Virus record (IMG/VR): IMGVR_UViG_3300020043_003669
Location: 1 to 33,188 of that record
Source: a virus
Taxonomy: Duplodnaviria; Caudoviricetes
Direction: 5' to 3' (one strand)
Length of the DNA: 33,188 bases
Both the position numbers and the translations under genes were made by a program. Every line of letters starts with the position of its first letter. The first letter of the stretch is position 1. The notes beneath the pieces were generated by a model. That model was given only the letters and a program-made list of their open reading frames with translations. It searched no databases and was not told the DNA's origin. Below are positions 8,768-15,459 of the stretch, one piece after another.

Positions 8768-8800
8768 ATTATAAGATTTTTTTGCAGGTGTTTACCCTAT
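8768..8800 (-). promoter_or_regulatory. Putative promoter (TATAAT) overlapped by a TAGGGTAAACACCT element
   Basis: Perfect -10 at 8768-8773, 6 nt before the ATG at 8761; an imperfect palindrome covers the -35 zone. Confidence 0.5.
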
Positions 8801-8812
8801 GCAGCGCTTTTT

Positions 8813-9004
8813 TTATGCCCATGTTTTTCTTTGCGCTTCAACAATGGCCTCAATGTTTGCGGCCAGCAAGTCAACAGCGTCAGGGCCAAGCAGGTGTGTG
8901 ACTGGATGGCCAAATTCCAGGCTTTCTTGCTCTATGCAAAGGTATCCCTGATCTGAAACCCAAAATTTGACCTTTGGCTGTTCTTTGCTTTCAAAATCCA
9001 ACAT
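8813..9004 (-). CDS. Hypothetical protein (63 aa)
   Basis: AAAGGAG RBS; clean ORF. Confidence 0.75.
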   Translation of the reverse strand: MLDFESKEQPKVKFWVSDQGYLCIEQESLEFGHPVTHLLGPDAVDLLAANIEAIVEAQRKTWA

Positions 9005-9019
9005 GATTCACTCCTTTAA

Positions 9020-9370
9020 AAAATTACCCCGATTGGTGAACGCTTGAGGGTTTTCGGGAAATACTCACCTAAGAACAACTGATGTCAGTTGAACTTAGTG
9101 AAATCACCCCGACTGGAGCCACGCCCGTAGTCATCGGAATGGTCTATTGATAGATTGACCATCTTGCAGGATTACCCGGCTATCACCGGCCCTTCTGCCC
9201 GTTCCTGCACCCCTTGCGGGTCACTCATGTGGGCTTGGCTTAGGAAGGTTCCCCCGTTGCCTTTAAACACAGTTACGGCGGCTTCTCATGCGGTCTACCT
9301 GTGTCGAGTTGCGGGTTGGATAGCCTTCTAAGTGGCTTGTTCGTGCCAGCAAACTTCGGTCTGGCATCCA
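9020..9370 (-). ncRNA. Candidate large structured ncRNA or replication origin
   Basis: No ORF >=60 aa in any frame; at least eight consecutive stems (TGCCAG/CTGGCA, ACACAG/CTGTGT, CCC-GCAA-GGG, TGCAGGA/TCCTGCA, ATGGTC/GACCAT, CAACTG/CAGTTG etc.). Confidence 0.5.
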
Positions 9371-9387
9371 TGTAGAGAGTTGAAAAC

Positions 9388-9489
9388 AAAAAAGCCGTTT
9401 ACAGCTGCCCTCGGTAGGAACCCTAGAGTAAAAACCAAGGGCGAGAGCATGTGTAAACGGCTTCCAGGTTCGTCGCTTCCTACGGCAAC
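9388..9489 (-). ncRNA. Structured RNA/attenuator reminiscent of phage C4/CI-type regulatory RNAs
   Basis: 5' hairpin GTTGC-CGTAGGAA-GCGAC; 12-bp perfect stem AAGCCGTTTACA/TGTAAACGGCTT running into a U-tract; internal bulge TTCCTAC complementary to loop GTAGGAA. Confidence 0.65.
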
Positions 9490-9504
9490 AACTTTATTTT
9501 AACC

Positions 9505-9532
9505 AAAAAAAAGGGGCCCGCAAGCCCCTTTG
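9505..9532 (-). terminator. Intrinsic terminator after the replication-like gene, overlapping a possible promoter
   Basis: AAAGGGGC-TTGCGG-GCCCC-TTTTTTTT; TTGCGG-N16-TAAAAT overlaps it. Confidence 0.8.
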
Positions 9533-9542
9533 CAAAAAAAAT

Positions 9543-9908
9543 TTACATCCGCCTCAGCTGGGCCAGTCGCTCACGAATGTGGTCGGGCATTGGGGCTGCT
9601 TTTGCTCTGTCTGCTGCGATCTTTTGCAGGGCCGGGTCTACGTACTCACTCGCTGGTTTGTTGGCCACAAAGCCCTCTGGAATCTCTGCACCGTCCCAGC
9701 GTTGCTGGTTCAAGTACACCAAAGGGGCAGGGATGAACGCGCCGTTGTCTTTTCGCCACTGATCGGTAGTCTTCATCCATTCAACATGTTTGACGATCTG
9801 GTCAGCGCAGCCGTCATACAAGCCCTTTTTCCAGCGTGCTAGGCAAACGGATTTACCGCCCTTGCGGATTGACTTGGGCCACGCTGCCCAAAATTGTTCA
9901 AAGCTCAT
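9543..9908 (-). CDS. Stand-alone C-terminal domain of a phage replication-initiator-like protein
   Basis: FEQFWAAWPK...K...WKK...FIPAPLVYLNQQRWD matches the F-x-x-F-W-x-x-Y/W-P...P-x-x-x-L-N-x-x-R-W-x-D pattern; GAGG RBS; only 121 aa. Confidence 0.7.
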   Translation of the reverse strand: MSFEQFWAAWPKSIRKGGKSVCLARWKKGLYDGCADQIVKHVEWMKTTDQWRKDNGAFIPAPLVYLNQQRWDGAEIPEGFVANKPASEYVDPALQKIAADRAKAAPMPDHIRERLAQLRRM

Positions 9909-9925
9909 TGCAATTCCTCTCAAAC

Positions 9926-10000
9926 CCTCCAAAAAAGACTGACGGCAGGCGGGAGGTTCGCTTTTCGGGTGGGTAGCAACTCCCATCCTAGCCGGGTCTC
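9926..10000 (-). promoter_or_regulatory. Structured leader RNA (3-way junction plus pseudoknot) upstream of the replication-like gene
   Basis: GAGAC/GTCTT, CGGC-T-AG/CT-GCCG, TGGG/CCCA, a GAAAA junction, and hairpin GCG-AACCTCC-CGC whose loop pairs with downstream GGAGG. Confidence 0.55.
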
Positions 10001-10008
10001 GTATTCTT

Positions 10009-10221
10009 TTAGACTAACAGCTCGTTCAAGTGCTTTCGGAAAGCCAGTCCGAACTTCTTTTCCAGCACTGGCCGCCACTTGTGCGCCACGCCGTTCTTGG
10101 CCCAGGCTTGCACGGCAGGACCACTCACACCATCAAGGGTTTTGGCCAGCTTTGCGTAGCTGCCAGCCTGCTTGTGGGCGAAGTGGTAGACCTGAAGGTA
10201 GTAGGTGTCGTCTTTTGTCAT
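10009..10221 (-). CDS. Cro-like HTH regulator, probably leaderless
   Basis: AGSYAKLAKTLDGVSGPAVQAW HTH; first gene of the leftward operon; TGT-TATAGT 7 nt before the ATG; no SD. Confidence 0.75.
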   Translation of the reverse strand: MTKDDTYYLQVYHFAHKQAGSYAKLAKTLDGVSGPAVQAWAKNGVAHKWRPVLEKKFGLAFRKHLNELLV

Positions 10222-10342
10222 GGGCTGGACTATAACAGAAATTTGTAACAAGCAAGAAAATTTATTTTTGATGAATTTATAAAATTATTTTGCAATGGTG
10301 TATGATACGTTTCACCACAACCAACCACGAAAGGTAAACACG
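10222..10342. promoter_or_regulatory. AT-rich divergent promoter region
   Basis: Strand switch; -10 boxes TATAGT (minus, 10229-10234) and TATGAT (plus, 10301-10306). Confidence 0.75.
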
Positions 10343-10930
10343 ATGGAAATCAAGCAAATAGCAGCAGCACTGGTGAAAGCCCAGCGCGAATTCGGACCAG
10401 CTCTGAAGACAAAGAACAACCCGCACCTCAAGGCCAAGTATGCGGATCTGGGCGATTGCGTCGAGGCTGTCATTGATGGCCTGAACAACAACGGCATCAT
10501 GCTGATGCAGCAGACGCACGAATGCGAATCTGGCATCTTGATTGAAACCCTCTTCATTCACGAATCTGGCGAGGTGTTCTCAGCAGGCAAATTGCACGTT
10601 CCAGCGGTCAAACACGACGCTCAAGGGTACGGCAGCGCCCTGACCTATGCACGCCGCTACAGCCTGATGGCCGCCTGCGGAATTGCACCAGAAGACGACG
10701 ATGGCCAGGCCACCAGCAAAAAAACACCGAAGCAGCTGGACGGTTACCCAGAATATGAAGAGTTGACATTGCAAGCCATGCGCGAGGCGGCCATGCAAGG
10801 CGAGAAGGCTTTGTCTGATTCGTTCATGGCTCTGCCCAAGTCAGCCCACAAGGCAGCCTTTTGGCAAGCCCAAGGCCCAGCTCTCAAGAAGGCGGCCAAG
10901 ACAGCAGACACACAAGGGGCAGCAGCATGA
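10343..10930 (+). CDS. erf: Erf-family single-strand annealing protein
   Basis: KNNPHLKAKYADL, TLFIHESGE, QGYGSALTYARRYSL, EDDDG. Confidence 0.95.
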   Translation: MEIKQIAAALVKAQREFGPALKTKNNPHLKAKYADLGDCVEAVIDGLNNNGIMLMQQTHECESGILIETLFIHESGEVFSAGKLHVPAVKHDAQGYGSALTYARRYSLMAACGIAPEDDDGQATSKKTPKQLDGYPEYEELTLQAMREAAMQGEKALSDSFMALPKSAHKAAFWQAQGPALKKAAKTADTQGAAA

Positions 10931-11553
10931 GAGTCATCACAGCAGACCAAGGCACCGACGAGTGGAAGCAGGCGCGTGTTGGCGTGCCATCCGGCTCCAA
11001 GTTCAGCGACATCATGGCCAAGGGTGGCGGGGCAACCCGAGCCACTTACCTGACGGCCTTGGCTTTGGAGCGCATCACGGGGGTGCGCGAAGAATTCAAG
11101 ACCACATTTGCCATGGATCAAGGAACTGAGCGTGAGCCATTCGCCAGGCTGGCTTACGAGGCCAACACAGGCCATCTGGTCACCGAGATCGGTTTTTGCA
11201 TGCACGACACACTGCAGGTCGGTGTCAGTCCTGACGGCCTGGTTGGAGATGTCGGCATGACCGAATACAAGTGCCCGATGCCAAAAACGCACTTGGAATA
11301 TTTGCGCCTTGAGCCAGGCAAGTGCCCATCGGCTTACCGCTGGCAGGTGCAGGGCCAGCTATGGGTGGCCGAGCGCGAGTGGTGCGACTTTGTGTCCTAC
11401 AACCCAGATTTTCCAGAAAATGCCCAGCTCATCATTCGACGGGTGATGCGCGATGAGAAAGCCATCAACGAGTTGGAGATCGAGGTGATCAAATTCCTCG
11501 GAGACATCGAGCGCGAGGTCGAGTTCATCCAGTCTTACAAGGATGCAGCATGA
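10927..11553 (+). CDS. YqaJ/lambda-exonuclease family nuclease
   Basis: QGTDEWKQARVG, AMDQGTERE, SPDGLV, EYKCP, QVQGQLWV. Confidence 0.95.
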   Translation: MRVITADQGTDEWKQARVGVPSGSKFSDIMAKGGGATRATYLTALALERITGVREEFKTTFAMDQGTEREPFARLAYEANTGHLVTEIGFCMHDTLQVGVSPDGLVGDVGMTEYKCPMPKTHLEYLRLEPGKCPSAYRWQVQGQLWVAEREWCDFVSYNPDFPENAQLIIRRVMRDEKAINELEIEVIKFLGDIEREVEFIQSYKDAA

Positions 11554-11837
11554 ACGGGCGCGACTTGCGCGACGCAGGCATCGCTCGCGTGTCCATTGGC
11601 CGCGAGGAATGGATCGCCAAGGCACGCAGCACAGCGGTGGCAATCGCGCAACGTGCTGGCCATGTGACCATCAACGATGTTCGGAAGTTCATCGAGCTGC
11701 CGGACAACTACCACCCAAACACCTGGGGCGCGGTTCTGAGGGGTGACGCCTTCGAGCCGATCGGATTCTGTCAAGCAACCCACCCATCAGCCCACGCTCG
11801 GGTCGTTCGGGTCTACAAACTGAAGGAGCAGATATGA
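11550..11837 (+). CDS. Hypothetical phage protein
   Basis: GRDLRDAGI...HPNTWGAV...SAHARVVRVY; ATGA-coupled. Confidence 0.8.
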   Translation: MNGRDLRDAGIARVSIGREEWIAKARSTAVAIAQRAGHVTINDVRKFIELPDNYHPNTWGAVLRGDAFEPIGFCQATHPSAHARVVRVYKLKEQI

Positions 11838-12325
11838 GATGCAGTGAGTCATCAACGGTCGGCCAAGATGTGATTGACAGATTTTGGCCAAAAGTCAGCG
11901 TTGCAGGCGATGACGAGTGTTGGAACTGGAATGGCGCAAAAAACAAAGGTTATGGATTTTTGTCGAGCAAAAGAGGGAAAGCGCCATACAAGGCACACCG
12001 AATTTCATATTTGATTCACAAGGGAGCGTTGAACGATGGGATGGTCATTCGCCACAAATGCGACAACCCATCATGCGTGAACCCGAATCACCTTGAGCAG
12101 GGAACGCAAAAACAAAATGCAAATGACATGGTTTGCAGAGGAAGAATGAACAAAGCGTCATTCAAAAATCTTCAAGGAAATCACGTCAAAGCATTAAACG
12201 CAGATGGCCTGCGCCAATGCCTGGAACTGAGAGCCAATGGCTTTTCATACAAAGCCATCGGCGAAAAACTTGGCATCGATTCATCAACAGTTGGTCTTTA
12301 CATCAGAGGGAAACGTCAACCATGA
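11834..12325 (+). CDS. HNH homing endonuclease with C-terminal HTH
   Basis: RFWPKV, CWNWNG, GYG, AHRISY, HKCDNPSCVNPNHL, N; DNA is more AT-rich than its flanks. Confidence 0.93.
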   Translation: MRCSESSTVGQDVIDRFWPKVSVAGDDECWNWNGAKNKGYGFLSSKRGKAPYKAHRISYLIHKGALNDGMVIRHKCDNPSCVNPNHLEQGTQKQNANDMVCRGRMNKASFKNLQGNHVKALNADGLRQCLELRANGFSYKAIGEKLGIDSSTVGLYIRGKRQP

Positions 12326-12726
12326 AAGCACACGGAATTTGTCGCGTTGGACGCGATGCAGAAGTTAGATTTACACCAGGCGGGGCAGCGGTTGCCAACG
12401 TCTCGCTGGCGTTTACATACGGCAAGAAAGGTGACGACGGCAAAAGGCCAACGCAGTGGGTTGACGCATCGCTGTGGGGACAGCGGGTGGAATCGCTCGC
12501 CCCATACCTGACCAAAGGCAAGCAGATCGTGGCCTACCTGGAGGATGTGCACATCCAGACCTACACCAAAGGCGACGGCACGCAGGCCAGCAAGATGGCT
12601 GCACGCATCGCAGACCTGGAGTTTGTGGCCGGTGGTGAGCAAGCAGAGCCAAAGCCGAAGCAACAGGCAGCGCCAGCGCAGCAGCAGGGGTCTGGGTTTG
12701 AGGACTTCGACGACATTGATTTTTAA
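12322..12726 (+). CDS. ssb: Single-stranded DNA-binding protein
   Basis: GRDAEVRFTPGGAAVANVSLA, TQWVDASLWG, YLTKGKQI, acidic tail EDFDDIDF. Confidence 0.93.
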   Translation: MKAHGICRVGRDAEVRFTPGGAAVANVSLAFTYGKKGDDGKRPTQWVDASLWGQRVESLAPYLTKGKQIVAYLEDVHIQTYTKGDGTQASKMAARIADLEFVAGGEQAEPKPKQQAAPAQQQGSGFEDFDDIDF

Positions 12727-12735
12727 GGAGCAACC

Positions 12736-12975
12736 ATGAGCACACGCATCTACCTGGTCACCGACGTGGAGACCAACAAGCACCGCCTGATTCGCGCAAG
12801 CAACCAGGCCCAAGCCATCAAATACGCCGCCCAGACCCGTTTCGACATCGAGGTGGCTGGCCAGGATGATCTGGTGAGCCTGCTGACCAGCGGAACGGCC
12901 ATTGAGCTGGCTGGGTCCGGCGCGACCATGGATATGTTCGAGGAGGCGATCTCCAACGCTGGGGGGACTGACTGA
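12736..12975 (+). CDS. Hypothetical protein (79 aa)
   Basis: AAGGAG RBS; RIYLV...RLIRASNQAQA. Confidence 0.8.
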   Translation: MSTRIYLVTDVETNKHRLIRASNQAQAIKYAAQTRFDIEVAGQDDLVSLLTSGTAIELAGSGATMDMFEEAISNAGGTD

Positions 12976-13142
12976 TGTCCACTGACAAGATCAAAGACCG
13001 CTACATGACGTTGCGGCTGCCTGCGGATGTGGAGATCGAGCTGCGGAAAATGGCCGAGGAAAACACCCGCACGCTGGCCGCGCAGATCCTGCATTGCATC
13101 AAGTTGGAGCTGGCACGCCAGTCTGAGAAGGTGAAAGCATGA
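12975..13142 (+). CDS. Arc-like ribbon-helix-helix regulator (55 aa)
   Basis: MSTDKIKDRYMTLRLPADVEIELRKMAEENTRTLAAQILHCIK...; TGATG/ATGA coupling; below the ORF cutoff. Confidence 0.85.
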   Translation: MSTDKIKDRYMTLRLPADVEIELRKMAEENTRTLAAQILHCIKLELARQSEKVKA

Positions 13143-13585
13143 CGAACTATGAACGCACCGAGGCCTGGTTGAAGGCCTGCGGCAAAGAGCCGGACACCGA
13201 GAATTTGTCCGTGCAGATTGGCTGCCACCTTGAGGAGTTCTGCGAGTTCCTGGGGGCGCTGCGAAGCGACTCTGAGGGCTACGGCAAGTTGCTGGAGCGC
13301 ACGCACACCGATCTGGAGTGGTTTGCTGGAAAGCTGAAACGCCGAGAGCAGTTCGTCTATATCCCAACGCACCTGCGGGTGGATGCCCTGGACGCGCTAT
13401 GCGATACCGAGGTGACAGGCAATGGCGTGGCTTACTTGGCCGGCATGGACAAGCCTGGGGCTGATGCTGCGGTGTTGACCTCCAATGAATCAAAGTTGGA
13501 AGACGGCAAGCCTGTGATACTGCCCGGTGGCAAGATCGGCAAAGGCAAAGACTACAAAGCACCTGACCTGCGGGGGTTCGTGTGA
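13139..13585 (+). CDS. All-alpha NTP pyrophosphohydrolase (MazG-like/PRA-PH, dUTPase-like)
   Basis: EEFCE, DALCD, SNESK...GKIGKGKDYKAPDL. Confidence 0.85.
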   Translation: MTNYERTEAWLKACGKEPDTENLSVQIGCHLEEFCEFLGALRSDSEGYGKLLERTHTDLEWFAGKLKRREQFVYIPTHLRVDALDALCDTEVTGNGVAYLAGMDKPGADAAVLTSNESKLEDGKPVILPGGKIGKGKDYKAPDLRGFV

Positions 13586-14079
13586 GGAAGGCCGGGAAGA
13601 AACGCCCGGCCCAAAGGCTGAAGCACTACACGATTCTCGACGAGATGATGGCCAGCCCCACCGAGCCGCTGCCATTGGAGTACCGCCGCCACCAGCTGAC
13701 GCGCATGTACGAAGGCTTGGCCGCGATGGAGCAAGGCGAACACCCCACAACCGACGACTGGCGGGTGGTGTCGGATGCGGTCAATCTGATGGAGACCTTG
13801 ATCGAGACCATGCAAGTGTGCGAGGACTCGTCTGGCCTGCTGATGGATGCGATCACCGCGCTGGCCATGGCTGGCCGCCGCAATTTGGCTGGGGCTGCGA
13901 TCCGGCTGGATGGTGCAGGTATCCAGGCCGTGCGTGCTGTGCTGGAGGATTACGCCGCGCTGCTAGATGTGCTGTCTGCACGCACCATGATTCGCTGCCA
14001 CCGCCTGACTGAAAAGCGCCTGCATGAGCTGCTGGAGGGAAAGCGCAAGCCGCATGATGTTGAGGTGACAGCCTTATAA
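13582..14079 (+). CDS. Hypothetical protein (165 aa)
   Basis: GTGA overlap with the upstream stop; codon style matches neighbours. Confidence 0.8.
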   Translation: MRKAGKKRPAQRLKHYTILDEMMASPTEPLPLEYRRHQLTRMYEGLAAMEQGEHPTTDDWRVVSDAVNLMETLIETMQVCEDSSGLLMDAITALAMAGRRNLAGAAIRLDGAGIQAVRAVLEDYAALLDVLSARTMIRCHRLTEKRLHELLEGKRKPHDVEVTAL

Positions 14080-14133
14080 GGGTTTGTCCTTATAAAATAA
14101 ATTGTGTGAGATTGTGGGAAATGATGTTATGAT
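14074..14133 (+). promoter_or_regulatory. Promoter with upstream palindrome and phased ATTGTG repeats
   Basis: TTATAAGG-GTTTGT-CCTTATAA (14074-14095), ATTGTG at 14101 and 14111, extended -10 TGT-TATGAT. Confidence 0.65.
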
Positions 14134-14169
14134 TCAGTCATCGCAACAAACCAAACCGGAGTAACCGAC

Positions 14170-14406
14170 ATGGCAAACATCAAAACCCTCGCAGACGCAC
14201 ACAACGAGCTGGCCCTGGCCAACAACGGCTACGTGATCTCCGCTTACCTTGACCCCGAGTTACGCCGCCAGATGGAGCGCGTTTGCAAGCGCGGCAACGC
14301 CTTTGCTGGCCGTGTGCTCAACCACAACAACATCTTGGTAAAGGCGTACTTCACCTTGGAAGCCAAGGCGATCTACAAGCCGCTGCCTGCACGCTTGGAC
14401 GCTTAA
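14170..14406 (+). CDS. Hypothetical early protein (78 aa)
   Basis: GGAG RBS; first ORF after the promoter. Confidence 0.75.
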   Translation: MANIKTLADAHNELALANNGYVISAYLDPELRRQMERVCKRGNAFAGRVLNHNNILVKAYFTLEAKAIYKPLPARLDA

Positions 14407-14445
14407 TCAACCGGGGCCACTGGCCCCACCTTTTAGGAGACCGAC

Positions 14446-14604
14446 ATGAAGAACACCACAACACCCCGTAATTTTGCAGACTGCACATGGATTCAGAACT
14501 ATGGCCGCACAGAGCAGCTTTGGGAGCGAGTGGCTGGTTATGCCTTGGCTTTGGCAATTGGTGTCGGCATGGCCGCATTGCTGGTGGCATGGTGGTCGTC
14601 ATGA
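14446..14604 (+). CDS. Small protein with C-terminal TM (52 aa)
   Basis: AGGAG RBS; MKNTTTPRNFADC...ALALAIGVGMAALLVAWWSS; ATGA-coupled. Confidence 0.75.
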   Translation: MKNTTTPRNFADCTWIQNYGRTEQLWERVAGYALALAIGVGMAALLVAWWSS

Positions 14605-14903
14605 GCTGCATGAACACCATGATGATGAACAGCCGCCAAGATGATGAGGATCGGGCCGAGAGCCTGGCCTTTGCGATCGAGGCGCGAGCTGCTGAACTGC
14701 TGACGCATGGCGAGGCGTGCGACCCGCTGGATGGATTCAACATCTGCGAGGCTTATGGCGAGGCCACAACCAACGAGAAAATGGTCATGGCCAAGATGCT
14801 GGTCGAGCGCAAGTTTGACCAGGCTGGGATCTTGCTGGACATGATAACCAGGGCGTATTGGGCAAAGATGGCCGATGAGATGGCCACGGAGGAGCTGACA
14901 TGA
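14601..14903 (+). CDS. Hypothetical protein (100 aa)
   Basis: MSCMNTMMM...; ATGA-coupled on both sides. Confidence 0.75.
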   Translation: MSCMNTMMMNSRQDDEDRAESLAFAIEARAAELLTHGEACDPLDGFNICEAYGEATTNEKMVMAKMLVERKFDQAGILLDMITRAYWAKMADEMATEELT

Positions 14904-15109
14904 TTCGAAAGCTTGTTAACTGGATGAAGAACGCCTACACCACACCGAGTGCTGAGGCGCTGGCATTGCGTGAGCTGGAGGACAGCAAGCGCAGGCTGCT
15001 GGAGGCCCAGACAGCGCGGGAATACGCTGAGTCCATGTGCAAATACCGCGAGGCGCAGATCAAGCGCCTGACGGCCTATTTGCATAAGGCCACTGAGGAG
15101 CAAGCATGA
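14900..15109 (+). CDS. Hypothetical coiled-coil protein
   Basis: TPSAEALALRELEDSKRRLLEAQTAREYA; coupled. Confidence 0.8.
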   Translation: MIRKLVNWMKNAYTTPSAEALALRELEDSKRRLLEAQTAREYAESMCKYREAQIKRLTAYLHKATEEQA

Positions 15110-15459
15110 CTAGCAAACAATTGCGTGTTGCGTTGGAAGAACTGGAATGGGAATTGGCGTTTACCGCATACCCGTCCCGAAATTTGATGAAGGCCGTCAC
15201 CGCAATTAGGCAAACCCTTGCAGCACCTGTGCAGGAGCCTGTGGGGCCAGAGCCATTTGGTTATTTTCAATACGACATTCGCCTTGACGCATGGGTGCAG
15301 AACCGCATCAACAACAAAGGCGCGGCTTTTTACACGGCAGGTGACATACGTGCTTTGAAGCACCGCATCCATGACCAAGACGCAATGCTGGAACGCCAAA
15401 CAGCACGCATCGTCGAACTGCAAGAACACATTGAAAACTTTGATGGAGAAGACCGATGA
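15106..15459 (+). CDS. Hypothetical modular protein (LAAPVQEPV motif)
   Basis: RBS and ATGA coupling. Confidence 0.7.
   Translation: MTSKQLRVALEELEWELAFTAYPSRNLMKAVTAIRQTLAAPVQEPVGPEPFGYFQYDIRLDAWVQNRINNKGAAFYTAGDIRALKHRIHDQDAMLERQTARIVELQEHIENFDGEDR

Noticed and set aside
9273-9371. 32-aa minus-strand ORF MDARPKFAGTNKPLRRLSNPQLDTGRPHEKPP just after the C4-like element (icd/kil-like position)
   Set aside because: No SD, no recognisable features and buried in hairpins; not excluded, but not supported.
9020-9490. tRNA, CRISPR mini-array or retron/DGR RNA interpretation of the structured region
   Set aside because: No cloverleaf or T-loop consensus, only two imperfect repeats, and no reverse transcriptase or cas gene in the window.
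12750-13562. 270-aa minus-strand ORF across the Arc/MazG region
   Set aside because: Low-complexity shadow of three convincing plus-strand genes.
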